Below are positions 13,006 to 26,300 of a stretch of DNA of 64,000 nucleotides, one piece after another (the first letter of the stretch is position 1; each line of letters opens with the position of its first letter). The stretch covers positions 14,014,001 to 14,078,000 of the forward strand of contig NC_087437.1 of NCBI RefSeq assembly GCF_036321535.1, written 5' to 3'. This stretch comes from Camelus dromedarius. Its lineage: Eukaryota. Below the pieces are notes generated by a model. It saw only the letters and a program-made list of their open reading frames with translations. It was not told the origin of the DNA and did no database searches. Position numbers and translations under genes: made by a program.

Positions 13006-13160
13006 ATGTGAATACAGCTGCTTCTTAAAGGCCACCCTTTGCTTTGCCCGTTCACACATGATCTGCAAAACGCGTTCAGCCAAACCTACTGTTCTCATGC
13101 AGTGGTGGATCCTGCCAGGCCCAAGACGGCCTTGGGCAATTTCAAATCCCCGACCTTCAC
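13006..13160 (-). CDS. ACAD11: ACAD11 exon 17
   Basis: tctcag|GT...CAT|gtaagg; (G)[51 protein letters not shown]; 155 nt. Confidence 0.96.
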
Positions 13161-13322
13161 CTGAGAGGAAGAAAGGAGAATGCAAAAGTGGTCACAGCCC
13201 ATTTCTTTTGTTATTTACACAAAATCCTGAGAAAAGGATGAGCTGCCCTCAATAAAAAATGGCATTCTGGGTAGGAAAAAAGTCAGTTCTGTAATAAGGG
13301 TTATCATATATTATAGAACTTT

Positions 13323-13460
13323 AAAAAAAAAGTTTTTTTTTTGAGGGGGGAGGTAATTAGGTTTATTTATTTACTTTTTTTGATGGAAGTACTGGGGATT
13401 GAACCCAGGACCTCGTGCACACTAGGCATGCACTCTGCCACTGAGCTACAGCCTCCTCTT
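13323..13460 (-). mobile_element. tRNA-derived SINE, camelid Vic-1-like
   Basis: On - strand: A box TAGCTCAGTGG, B box GGTTCAATCCC, tail AATAAACCTAATTACCTCCCCCC and A-run. TSD TAGAACTTT at 13314-13322 and 13461-13469. Confidence 0.85.
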
Positions 13461-14189
13461 TAGAACTTTTGATTTCTATTTTTTTTTAAACCGCCATCAT
13501 TGAATCAAATTTAGGGCCAAGTACCTACTCTGCATAAGTTACTCTGTAAGTGCTACAATGGTTACAAAGGTAGACAAGATACAGTCCCTACACCAGGAGT
13601 TCAGAACTAGAAGAGGGGGCAAGGGATGCAAGGGATAAGGCACATGGAGAAGGACAAGGCAAAAGGGAGAGGCTGTCTGTTCACCAGTGTGCCTGGCGGC
13701 ATCTGGGGCTTGTTGAATGGATGGGATGAGGAACACACGAACCTTCCTGAAAGGGGCCGTCGGAGATGTTCTCTGAAGGCTGGGTAGGAGTCCAACAAGC
13801 AAGAGGATGGAGTCATTCCAGGCATACAGTGTTTAAAGTTATTTATGCTTCTAATGTGTATAAAAGACTTGAATTCAGAAAGTACTGAGCTTTATTAACA
13901 CAAGTAGTCAGAAGATCATGTTGTAGGAAAAAGTTGGTTGTCTGAATTGTGTAATTTTTGTATTTAGCTGTGTTTTCAATTGATGTGATACACAAAACCA
14001 CATCAAACACTTAAATAAAACGTTATTATTTTGTAGAAAATCCACCAAAGGAAAAAAAATTTCCCTTATAACCGGACTAAATAAGAGGGGAAAGTATTTA
14101 AATTATGGGAGACTTCATATCCTTTCCATATTTAAACCTGAAAATATTTTAAAACACAACAAAGAATCATTTTTCCAAGCTTATCTCAC

Positions 14190-14261
14190 CTAGTATTAAA
14201 TTGGTGGCCGGAACTCGCACTTGATTAAAATGGATCTCAAAATGTCCTCCGTGGAAATTAT
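14190..14261 (-). CDS. ACAD11: ACAD11 exon 16
   Basis: tcatag|AT...CTA G|gtgaga; (D)NFHGGHFEIHFNQVRVPATNLIL(G); 72 nt. Confidence 0.95.
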
Positions 14262-15429
14262 CTATGAAACAGAAAATAAAATGTTAAAGAGCAAAATGAG
14301 CTACCAAAAAATAATCACAAATAATTAATCTAATGAAATATAATTACTCAAGGAAAGTGGGGTTTAAAGGCCTCATATGTCACAGACATTCCTAGGTAGA
14401 CCTGAGCCCTGAACCCCCAGCACCGTGCAGCCCAGAAAACACATTAACTGTTCTAGAAATTTTAAGAGATTTTAGATATTATTTCATCCAAAGTGTTTTT
14501 TGTTTGTTTATTTCTTTGTTTTAACTCATTCTTTGAAGTTCTAGAGCTATGAAAAAGGAAGATGGCTCCATGGTCCAATCAGATTATTTTTTTATTATTA
14601 TTGTTGCTTCTTTGACATTTTTTACATATGGGCTTCCAAAGAAAATTTTGCTTAGGAAAAAAAGGGTTTTAATGGTTCAAAAATTGAAAATAAGAAATGT
14701 AGTTCAAGTTTCTTATTTTATCACTGTGGAAATCAATGCCCAAAGATGCGAAGAACCTGCTCATAGAGACAGAACAGGCTCGGCATGAGAGACAGAGCAG
14801 GGGCTGGACCTTCAGGTGTGTTTGCTCCCAGTCTAGGCTTATTTGCTGTGTTTGCCTCTTGAAAATGCTGACATGTGACTGAGACTGGGAACATACTCAC
14901 AACCGTGTCTTTATATCATCCTTCCTCCCTGCCAAGTTCTTGAGATAATCTCATGCTAATTCCACACCCTTTTCCTGTCAGAATAGACATTAATAATCAG
15001 CCTTGTCCACGCTGTTTCTTTTGGCCTTGGGCACGGGGAGCTGGAGAGGTGCTGGTGAAATTGTCATAACTGGAATTTCAAACACAGGCTCTAAATGGAG
15101 GGTATGGAGGGCAGCCAACCAGTATTATAAACCCATTTTGGTGGTTTTCAGGCTGTTGCTCTGCAATCCGACAACGTCCCATGAACAATTTGCTCCAGGG
15201 GCTGGTTCATCCCCATCTTGCCGACACACTTGGCCTGTGGGTGCGCTCTCCAGCTGCAGCCCACAGAAGGGGATGCCACATGCGCCGTAAAACAGGTCCT
15301 GTGTCCACTCCTTGAACATTTACATTAGCCATATTCAATAGTAAAGAGAAAGCCAAGGTCACCACAAACCTGAAGTTCAGTCAACTTCTTCATAGCATTT
15401 GTCACCTGCTAACAGCCATGTAACTTCTT

Positions 15430-15600
15430 ATTTATGTGTTTTTATTTAGTGCCCATCTCCCTGCCACTCCCCACTCTGCGTGTAAGCTCCACAAGGGCAG
15501 AGATCTTGGCCTGTTGTGTTCACTAACATATTCTAAGCTCCTAGAACAGTGCTCAGCATTCAATAAATACTTGCTGGGTGAGTAGCAAAGAAACAATGAA
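15430..15600. mobile_element. L2 3' end
   Basis: tgtaagctccacaagggcagagatctt...cctagaacagtgctcagcattcaataaatacttgctg is a typical L2 terminus. Confidence 0.7.
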
Positions 15601-16078
15601 CATGAGCCTGAGCAAAAGTATCCTTGCTTCTTAAAACTCCACCCAAGGACCAAAGGAATTAAAAGCTTTGCATCTGAATCAGTCAAATCCCATTGCTTAT
15701 TAACAGTTCTTGTAGGTTGATTAAGGAAGCTAAACTTGAAAACAAAAATGAATGTTATTTTGGATTACCTAGATTTACTTTTTCCATGTCTATTTCATTA
15801 ATCCATCCCCCTGGGTAATGGAGAGAAGACTGGCAGGCAGAGTTGCTGTTCCTTGAATACCAATCGGCCCTTTTCCAAAAGCAGACAAAACGTGGTAGAA
15901 TGCTGTACCACCTCCCTTTTTATTTATTCTGTTCTGAACCCCTGACATTTATATTACGAGCCAAAGGATTTCTAAGAACACATTTCATACATTAAAATGC
16001 TATCCATTCTCTTCAGGGTTACAGCATATTCTAGTCTTCCTGCTTGCCAGTGGACAGACGTGCTGATTGAGTACTTAC

Positions 16079-16164
16079 CCAGGTAGCCAAAAACTGACAA
16101 AGGCCTTATGACTTCTACTCCAGGTGTGTTGATAGGAACAAGAATCATGCTGTGTTGTCTGTGT
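16079..16164 (-). CDS. ACAD11: ACAD11 exon 15
   Basis: gaccag|A...CTG G|gtaagt; (R)HRQHSMILVPINTPGVEVIRPLSVFGYL(D); 86 nt. Confidence 0.95.
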
Positions 16165-16800
16165 CTGGTCAAGAGAAACCCAAATGTTAGGAAAAGTTTG
16201 CTAAGTGGAAAAATAAAACACATGTTCGGTGGAGTCACAACTGTCATTTTTTCATGGTTATCATGTAATCATGGGAGCAATGATGTCCGGAATGGGAACT
16301 GTGTAAAAGACACACATCAAGTACATTCCGATGCAGGCTGTGATCTGAACAATAACCATGATTTGAAAATATGTGAAAGATAGTTTGACTGAGGCTTCTC
16401 GTTGCCCAGCAGTCGTAACTGGGAACTGATATGCAATCTCAAAGATTTCAAGCCTACTGCCTTGGATCTAAACGTCTAATCCCTTAATTACTTACAGACA
16501 GTTCTGAAAAATTTTATAGGTCTTGTAATCTGATCCAAACAGCTTTGAGGATTCAGCAACACTTTTTAACACAGGAAATTCCACAGTGAAGAATGTGCAG
16601 CAGCACCCCCTAAAATGTTATTCCTAAATATATGTTTTAGCAAAATAATTGTAAAATACCTATATGTCACATTTAACCTCATATTTTATACTATTATGAT
16701 TTGTACGCCCGAATGGTATATTTTAAGTAAATGAAGTGGATAGCGAGAAAGACCGACTCTTATTCCTCCACAGATTTCTCAATCACTATTGCTATATTAC

Positions 16801-16867
16801 CTGGCTGCCAAGACATTGTTAGTTCTTCCCATAACAATTGCAACTTTGCACTTTGGTTTCCCAGCTC
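16801..16867 (-). CDS. ACAD11: ACAD11 exon 14
   Basis: ttttag|GA...GCC AG|gtaata; (G)AGKPKCKVAIVMGRTNNVLAA(R); 67 nt. Confidence 0.94.
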
Positions 16868-17869
16868 CTAAAACCAGGGAGAAGAGGAGAAGAATATATC
16901 ATAGAAGGAAATTTTTAGTCTGAAATTTCACCCTAAAAGTTCTCATCCTTCCAAGTTTATCCCTGGCAAAAAACAAATAGAAAGAAAACCCTTGATTCAT
17001 TAAAAATAATGCTATGTATAAAACTGTGAATCATCCAAGAAAAATGACTAGCCAAGGCCAAGAACGGACTCCCTCAGTGAGAGCTGCTGCCCCAAAATAA
17101 CCAGAAGTCGAAGAAGCAGTGACACAGCTGCGGCCCTAAGACAGAAGGACAGCTCTCCACTCATACCATTTCAGATGTCAGCATGCTCGAAAGGTGGTGA
17201 ACTGCTAGCGTATTTCCTTCTGTTTAGATCTCATATTTTCTGACATATGGACAAGAAGTATATATAACTCATATTTAAAGTATTTAAAACCAGCGGCTGA
17301 GAAAGACCTAATTTCTCCAACCGTGGCATGGGGTGAGGGTGAGTCTGAGGATCCAGTACCTCTCCCAGACCCCCTCACTTGCCCTAGCCATGCGATGGAA
17401 CAGCTGAAGATGATTTACTTGGCTGTCTACATACATGAGGCTCGGATTCCACCCTCAGTAAGCCTTGGTTCTCATTTATTGATTTATTAAGGGTTAGAAA
17501 TTTGAAAATATAAAATTATTCTCATTTTAATGTAAACTTTTACTTTATTGCAGTTTAAGGTCTATGGTAATTCCCCAAAGGGGCCTTCTTGCAAAAAGTA
17601 CGTTTCATTTTCACCAGTCTAAGCACTTCATTCCTCAGGGAAACTACCATTTAACCGCTTTACTGCGTCTAAAACCACAAACAGCTGGATCAAACTAAGT
17701 TAAACACATGTACAAAGTCTTAAATCATCAGATTATTTTTTTCCTAACTTCTTGTAAAAAGTGGTTTCAGGAGACTTGAAATCATACGAAGATTAAATGA
17801 GAAATGTTAGCAATTATGTCAAATAGTAGAGTAGCACCATAAAATCCTAGGACTTAAAAGGATAAACTC

Positions 17870-18325
17870 CATGGGACATATTAAAGGACCCTGCAGGGAT
17901 GTGATCCGTGAAATCCAGAATATGGGAAATCTACAAGACAAATAATCCAGTTTCTTCAACAATTAAATTGCAATAAAAAGAAAAAAAAAGACAGGGAGCT
18001 TATAGATGAAAAGAGATTTAAAAAAAATATCAACCGGCAGCAATTTTTAGACCTTATTTGGATCCTAATTCAATTAAATAAAAAGCATTTATGACAATTA
18101 TGAAACAATTAGAAATGTGAATAGTTACTGGCTATGTAATGACATTAAGTAGTTTTAGGTGTGCTAACGGTATTAAAGAGCCCTCACTGAGATATACACT
18201 GAAGTGTTTGTGAAGGAAATAATGTGATGTCTGGGATTTATTTCAAAGTAATATGGGGAGAGGAGGGAATGGGAGTAGGGGTGGAGCAAGCCTGGCCATG
18301 AGTTGGAAATTGTTGAGCTGTAAAA
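17870..18325 (+). mobile_element. Old L1ME/L1MC 3' fragment
   Basis: ccagtttcttcaacaa, gaccttatttggatcct and gatgtctgggatttatttcaaa resemble old L1M 3' UTRs. Confidence 0.55.
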
Positions 18326-20994
18326 CTAGTCAAAGAGTATTCCTGGGAGACCTAAATGTGTGACAGAGATAAAGAAGAAATTTGGGTGGTGTGGGTGGTA
18401 CACTGAAATGTCTGGAAACAGCGCACATAACAGTGAACGTGAGGAGTCAAGGAGGGCAGGGCCCGGAGGGAAGAGATGCCTTAATTCTGCAGACTGACAG
18501 GGGCCTGGGAAGAGGACACAGTAAGGAAGCAGTGCTAGAAGAAAGGCGATTGGCTGAGGAACAGAGACCAGAGTGAGCAGAAGTAAAGAAAGAGAAGCGA
18601 GGGTAAAGAGAAGGGGTCCACTTTAAACTGTACTGTTTTCAGTCTATGTGGAAGTGAGGCTACAAAAGGGGGCTCAATCCAATATTTATAAGGGGGCAAA
18701 TGAAACAGGTGGCACTCTCACAGGCAGGGATCTGATACTTAGCCTGAAAGAGGAAAGTATATAGTGTGTTAAAAGAAAACTGAATAAAGTCACTCGGAGA
18801 CTCAGAATCTGTAGCCTGAAAGCTAGCTTCCCGTCAGCAGACTCTGAGTTCCAGCCCTGCTTCACCAAAAGTTTCCTTACAGAATTCCTATTCAGAAGAG
18901 AAACATGGCTGGAAAAAAAAAGCCCCGTTAAAAACAGAGAAAATCTCAACCAGCTATCCTTCCTTTTCCCTTAAGTCTAAACAGAAAACCAAAGAGCTGT
19001 AGTATGTGAGTCTGCAGCACTGAAGAGAGTGACTGATCAAAATAAACAAACTGGAACTCTCCGAGAGAGAGCTCCAGAAAAGAAAAAACTCAACAGAATT
19101 ACAGGTACAGTTTAATGGTGTGTGTGTATGGGTAAAGGGGAAGAAATATAACATGATCAAAGTAAATGATGCAATGAAAGAAAAATGGCAGTTAGAAACT
19201 CCAGGAAAATAATTTGTAAATGTGCAAATGAACCATGGTCCAAATATAAAAGAAACTACAGTATGGCGTGAATTTAAGTAATACATAGAGTGTAAATCTA
19301 TCTTAATTGATGTTGATGCTTAGAAACACTCTTCTTACAACGGCCAAGGTGACAGTACATTCAATCAGTCAGAGAAAGACATGGAATCTACCTAACATAC
19401 TACTCAGACCAGCACTGAACAGTATTTACATAGTCCTATAAAGGAAGTATTGGTTTTCAAAGTTTAGAGTCATCCTGTGGTCAACCATGATTATGGTTGC
19501 AAGATAGAAATAAATGCTACTAATTTTGACAATGTAAAAGCTTAAACTGTGGTTGACGCAAGGTGCAATACGGAAGGGAGGAACAAAAGGTAGAGAAAGG
19601 GGTAAGAGCACTCATAGGTCTTTATGTTATGAAGTGGAGCTTGAAGAGATTCTGTCAAGTGAGGATGCAGAGGAGAGATTTAGAGACATCATCTAAAAGT
19701 TTAAAAAGTAATCAATCAAAAATTGAAATAAAATAAATATCTACATTATGAAAAGGCAGAGAGTTTTAATACAAATGAGGGAAACTGTTCTTTTCCAAAT
19801 TAGAGAGTCAATGGGTAGTGTCTAAAATGAATAAACTGGGAGAGAGAAAAAAGCATTTTACTTAAAACTGTAACAGAAATCAGAGAACTAAAACCAGAAA
19901 CTGTTAGAAGAGTTTTATCCAGGGTCTGGTGCTGCGGTGTGAGGGGATGGGAACAAGTTATGCTCTCAGATATTTTCAGATTGGTTGCCATTTCTAATTG
20001 AATAGTAATAATAACAACTACTACTTTTAAAAACCTGCCCACCATCTTGTGAACGAATATGTAGATGCCAATTAGGAGGAGACTGAGAGAGACTTGCTGA
20101 GTAAAATGCAGTATGTTTTTTTCTCTTTCCTTATCTCACTTCAATCAGAATATTTAATCTTTGGGCTGTGCAGGAGTTGCTTCCTGCATACAGTTGGGCA
20201 TTTCCCCACTTCTCCTAAATGAAAATACATAACTCCAGAAATCCTGCACGCACACTCTGCTTTAGAAAATGCCTACACTGATAAAAACCCTAAAATCAGA
20301 TTTCGTCTGGGAAAGAGGGGGAAGGGGAGGTAGGCAGTGTGCCCAAAATGGGTGGTTCTGTTCATCCCCAGGCTGATAGCAGAATAAGGAAACAGCTTAA
20401 ACTGACAGAGCTTGAATCATAAGACTGCTTTCTCCACCGCAAAAGCCAATGGATGTGTCAGAACTTGCAGTTCCATATATATCTAACTAACTGGAATAGA
20501 ACAACATTAAATTGGCCATCAGATGCCACATTGTAATCACAAAACAAATATGTTAAGTAAAATTGTTTATTTCTTCCCAAGTATATGACTTATTGTCTTA
20601 TCCCAGGGGTAAGAAAAATATGACATATTATGTATGAAATAAAGAGCAAAACCATTTTCTCCATCCTTATCTGCTATGCAACATAATCTTATTACTAAAT
20701 CCGATTGCTACAAATAAAATTTAGTGAAGTTTTTATACTGAAAAGGAACGAGTCTATTTTTCTTTAAAAGAAAAACACAAGCATTTTCATAAATACAAGA
20801 GAAATGTAATGTTGTCCAAGTGGAACACTTTACCATGCCTTGAAGAGTCTGCAGTATGTATTCTTATGTTAGATAACAAAGGCCTTCAATTCAGGTTAAA
20901 CATACTTATTTTATATCAACCAATATAAATGGCAGTTTTAGAATTTCTAGAATTCGATCTTCAATATATATGTATGTATGTATATACATATACA

Positions 20995-22305
20995 TAAAGA
21001 TTTTATTTTAGAGCAGTTTTAGGTTGGCTGCAAAGTTGAAGGGAAGGCACGGAGATTCCCTAAATACCCCCTACCCCCACCACCCTCAGCCTTTATCAGC
21101 ATTGCTCATCTGAGTGCTACATTTTTCACAACTGATGAACCTACACTGACACATCATAACCACCCAAAGTTTATAGTTTATATTACAGTTCACTCTTTTT
21201 TCAAACTGAAGTGTAGTCAGTTACAATGGGTCAATTTCTGGTGTACAGCATAATGTCCCAGTCATGCATATATATACATATATTTGTTTTCATATTCTTT
21301 TTCATTAAAGGTTATTACAAGATATTGAATATAGTTTCCTGTGCTATACAGAAGAAATTTGTTTTTTCATCTATTTTTATATATAGTGGTTAATGTTTGC
21401 AATCTCAAACTCCCAAATTTATCCTTTCCCACCACCTTTCCCCGGTAACCGTAAGATTATTTACTATGTCTGCAAATCTGTTTCTTTTGTAGATCAGTTC
21501 ATCGTGTCCTCTTTCTCCTTCCTTTTCTTTTTTCAGATTCTACATATGAGTGATATCATATGGTACTTTTCTTTCTCTTTCTGGCTTACTTCACTTAGAA
21601 TGATGATCTCCAGATCCATCCATGTTGCTGCAAGTGGCATTATTTTATTCTTTTTTTATAGCTGAGTAGTATTCCATTGTATAAATATACCACAACTTCT
21701 TTATCCTGTAAATGGACATTTAGGTTGCTTCCATGCTTTGGCTATCATATATAGTGCTGCTATGAACATTAGGGTACATGTATCTTTTTGAATTAGAGTT
21801 TTCTCTGGATATATGCCCAGGAGTGGGATTGCTGGATCATAGGGTAAGTCTATTTTTACTTTTTTGGGGAATTTCCATACTGTTTTCCATAATGGCTGAA
21901 CCAAACTACATTCCCACCAGTAGTGTAGGAGGGTTCCCTTTTCTCCACACCCTCTCAAGCATTTATCGTTTGTGGACTTCTGAATGATGGCCATTCTGTA
22001 CAGTTCACTCTTGATGTTGTACATTCTATGGGTTTGGACAAATGTATAATGACATGTATCCATCATTATATATTTCACTTCTCTAAAAATCCTCTATGTT
22101 CCACCCACTCATTCCTCTCCACACCCAACCCTTGCCAACTACTGATCTTACTGTCTCCAGAGAGTTTCTCCCCTTTTCTAGAATGTTATATAGTCATAAT
22201 CACAGCCTTTTCACTTAATAGTATGCATTTAAAGTTCTTCCATATCTTTTCATACCTTGGTAGCTCCTTTCTTTTTAGTGCTGAATAATATTTCATTATT
22301 CAGAT
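20995..22305 (-). mobile_element. L1MC-like 3' end, split by a younger L1
   Basis: ttagagcagttttaggtt and gatgaacctacactgacacatcat before the insertion, continuing as gttgtacattctatgggtttggacaaatgtataatgaca after it. Confidence 0.75.
21198..21998 (-). mobile_element. 5'-truncated lineage-specific L1 with a perfect 14-bp TSD
   Basis: ORF2 C-terminal remnant (HYWWECSLVQPLWKTVW...DPAIPLLGIYP) plus 3' UTR. TSD TACAGTTCACTCTT at 21184-21197 and 21999-22012. Confidence 0.9.
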
Positions 22306-22309
22306 GTTC

Positions 22310-23360
22310 TTCTTTTAAATGGCCATCTCTCCCTCTGCCTTCTTCTTCTGGAACTCCAATTACACACATTTTAGACCTTTTAATATGTCCCATAGTTTCC
22401 TAAGACTGTTCATTTCTTTACATCTTTGCTTCATATTGGGTAGTTCCTAATGGTCTATCCTCAAGTTTATTAACTCTTCTCTGTCATCTCCATGTTACTA
22501 AAACTATTCTGTGAATTTTTTCAGATATTTTATGTTTCAATTCCAATATTTCTAATGGGTTCTTTTTATGTTTTCCATTTATCTTCTGATATTTTCTATC
22601 TTTTGATTTTTCTTACCCTCACTGAGCAAATTTATAATAGCTATCTTAAGTCCTTGTCTGATAATTCCAACACCTGAGTCATTTGGAGGTTGGGCTTTTC
22701 CCTTGAAAGTGGGTCATGTTTTCCTGGTTCTTCACCTGGTGAGCAATTTAAGATTGTATTCTAGACATTATGATTCTTTTGCTTTGAGGATTCTGGATTC
22801 TTTTGTATCTCTCCAAAGAGTGTTGATGTTTTTGTTTTATCAGAAAATTAACTTACATAGAGTCAAACTGTAGAGTCTGTCTTAATTAAGGTGGGTGGGA
22901 GGTCAAATTCAGTTTAGCTCTTTTAATTTAGCTGCAAGGTACTTGGAATCTGCCCTGGGAATCACTTTGGTTAAAGAGTCAGCCAGAGACTTGGGCAAAG
23001 TTTATACATGAAACAGAGCTCCTCTTTTCTGGTCTTCTCCTCTGCTGGAATCCCATCTTACTCTGTCATTTTCCAGGACTGATGGCTGCTCCAGATACTG
23101 TTCCTTAGGACACAAGGACCTGAGTTATCTAGAGAAGCTTCAGCATTCTCACACCACACTATGTCCTCAGGCCAGAGCCTTAAAATAGAAAACTCACCTT
23201 GTGTCTGTCTCATCTTCCAAATTTTGACTCAGCTACAAAATCAGCCTGCCTTTGGTCACTTCTCAGAGTCTTCAGGTAGTTATTTTTTTGTAGCTATCTA
23301 GCTGTTATCTGTGAGAAGGTCAATCTCAGGGGCTTATTTCACCACACCAGAAGTGGAGCT
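22310..23360 (-). mobile_element. Ancient L1ME/HAL1-like ORF1 and 5' remnant
   Basis: T-rich antisense ORF1-like text, e.g. cttctggaactccaattaca and aagtccttgtctgataattcc. Confidence 0.5.
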
Positions 23361-26300
23361 CCGTTAGAGTTCCCTCCTTTAAACTTTACCAAAACCAGGT
23401 CTTCACTTATCCAGTGTGATGGTTCCTTACACATTCATATACCTGTCATTAGTGTCAGTTGAAGTTTTAGAAATGCAATGATCACCTTAAAATATGATCA
23501 TGTAAGAGGCAGAAATAGGAGTCTTAGAAGTGCTAAAATTTTAAAACCAATAAAAACAATAGCTTAAAATTCGATTCCCCTCAATTATTCTGTATTATGA
23601 ATTACACATGTAAAGTAAAAAGTAAAATACAGTTAAGAGTCAAGTGCAATTGTTTTAAAACCAATGCTTGTAATTTGGGTTCCTTCAAATTTAATGGAAT
23701 CTACTTTTCAGTAGTTCTGAAAGGACGTTTCAGCTGCTGTATCTGCAAAGTTTTAATGAGAAAAGATCCCTCCATTCACATATTTCAAAGTTAAGTTTTA
23801 AAAATCTCAGATGCTATACTCCTGATGGTGATTCCAAGTGTCCTGAGTTTTACAGGTGCTAATAGATAGAAAATGAATTCCACTAATCCGAGGATCAACC
23901 CAAAGAACATTAGAATGATTCGAATGGCAGATGATAATACTTAAATTTCACTGTGGAGCTTGACTGAAATTTCTTATCTGAAAAATGCTGGCTGAGGGAG
24001 TTTTTTAACCTTTGATTGGCCCTGGCTCTGCAATAATATGCAGTCTTGCTTTGACTCTTAGTTAGAAATTATAAAGACTCTTTCCCAGAAAGGCTTACTT
24101 TTTTCAACTATATATTTTCCTATGTGGGGTTTTTGAGGTCTTAGTTGTAGGAAGACTTGAAGCCCACAGGCTGAAGGGTCAGGCTACGTGCCCCACATAA
24201 CCCACTGTCTCCTTGGTGGCATGCTTCTGAAAATCAGATTAGGACATAAAGATGTGACTTGGGGTTCATTTTCATTAGAGATATTTTCTTTCTCTACCTT
24301 CTGTCCTGGTAGTCATGAACATATTGAGTAAATCTAAGGCTTCATGGGTCTTAATCCTAGATACCTGGAAGCTGAATCCTTCACAAGTAAAATCCTCTCT
24401 ACAGTTCCCTTAAGCCCTAGTTGAAAGCCCTCTTTTCTAATATTTAGAATGTATATATTTTCTCTAATGATTCCTAATAGCATTTCTTACTTTGCTCTTT
24501 CTATCCTGAAAAATTGTTGCCACAGCTTTATGTAAGTGCCCAATAGACTTCAGGAATCAGGTAAATTTTGAAGAAATTTAAGAAAAAAGTCAAATAATTC
24601 TTTAATTTTGCTTTGTTCAGTCTAATATGCAAAACCATTCAGATTCTGCAAAAATAAAACTTCTAAATTGGCTCTCCTTTTTGGAGTCATCAAGTAGAGG
24701 AAGTCAGGGTGAATACATAGGTCGTAAATTTTGAAACACTTTGATTTAACCTTGATGTTACAGAAAATGGGAAAAACCTCTCACAAATATATCATCTCAG
24801 TTACAAGCAGAATTTGGCAGGTGCAGCAGCTGAAATGTCCTTCTAAAGAGAGTTTTTGCTCTCTTGTATTATTTTAGTCAAGGAACAGGAAACCAAATGT
24901 CATAAATTTAATACATTAGAGATAATCTGAATAGACCAGAAAACATTTAAATATATCTGCTGTGTCACAGGCCTTCATGAATGAAAACAGATGGCATAGA
25001 TAAAATAATTTCGTTTTTACTCTGGAATTTGTGGTATTTCAAGATTGTCCAAGTGCCAGGATTAAGTCAGGCTGAAAATGACTTTTCCCTGATATTTGCT
25101 GATGAATTTTAATTTCACAGGCTCTTACAACCACACAGTTATCAAAAAAAAAAAAAATCATTCTCTAGCCCAAGAAAAGATATCAGGTGGAGAAAAACAT
25201 GACTGATGGTTATGAAGGTGATCTGTAACAATAAAGACAGTGATGTAAACAATAATGTAATATGAAGCGCAGTTAGCCATCTACAAAGTCTCAGGGTTAT
25301 GTTTCGTACCAACATTGAATTTCTGAGCTGAAATACTTAAACTTCATTTGGTCTTAGCATTAATGCTAATATTTAGCTTTAATTCAAATATGAATAAAAA
25401 TCCATTATGAGTTAAGTAAGATTTTACAATGAAATTTCCACTTGTTAAAAAAAAAGTTTATCATACAATCCTACAGTTAAGGGAAAAAACAACCTCACGG
25501 GTTCTCTTGGAGTATGTGTTGTTATCAATAGGGGAAACAACCTTTGAAATTCACTTACTGTACCTCAAGGAAGGTTTACATCTAAGAAGCATTCAATAAA
25601 TGTTACATGCTACTGCTACTGCTGTCTTTATTAGAAAATATAGCTGGATCAAAATCAGGTCCAGATAGATCAGAACTGAAAATTGTTAAAAAAAAATTTA
25701 AATAACCAAGCCATAAAAAAACTAAAAGAAAGAATAATTGAATATTTATGAAATTTCTGAATGGGAAAGAAAATTTAAGCCTCAAAATGATAAATGAAAT
25801 AAAAAAAAATTAGTTGGCTTGTCTGCCTAAAACAATTGTACATTAAGAACCAAAATTTAAGCAAAAAATGATTTAGGGAAAATACTTCATACACAATTGG
25901 CAAGGGCAGGGGAAGGGCACTGAATCTGCTACAAGTCGTTTAGACCGCAAAATGGTAGCTGAATAATACATTCTACTGGCAACATTCTATGGAAACAGAC
26001 ACTTCCATACATTATTGGTGAGAATACCAAGTAATACTATCCCAACAGAGTACAATTTGGTAATCTCCATCAAAGTTACAGATTCATTTACCCTTTGATC
26101 CATCAATCTAACTTCTGAGATCTATCCTACAGATAGAGCTGTTCCTGACTGAAATGACAGATGCGCAGGATTATTCACTGCAGTAGTATTGTTTATACTT
26201 GCAAAGACTTGAGCATAAACCAATATCCATCTATAGGAGACCATTAAGTATACTGTGGTATGTCCATATCATAGAACCCTTCTAAGAAGAATAAGGAAGA

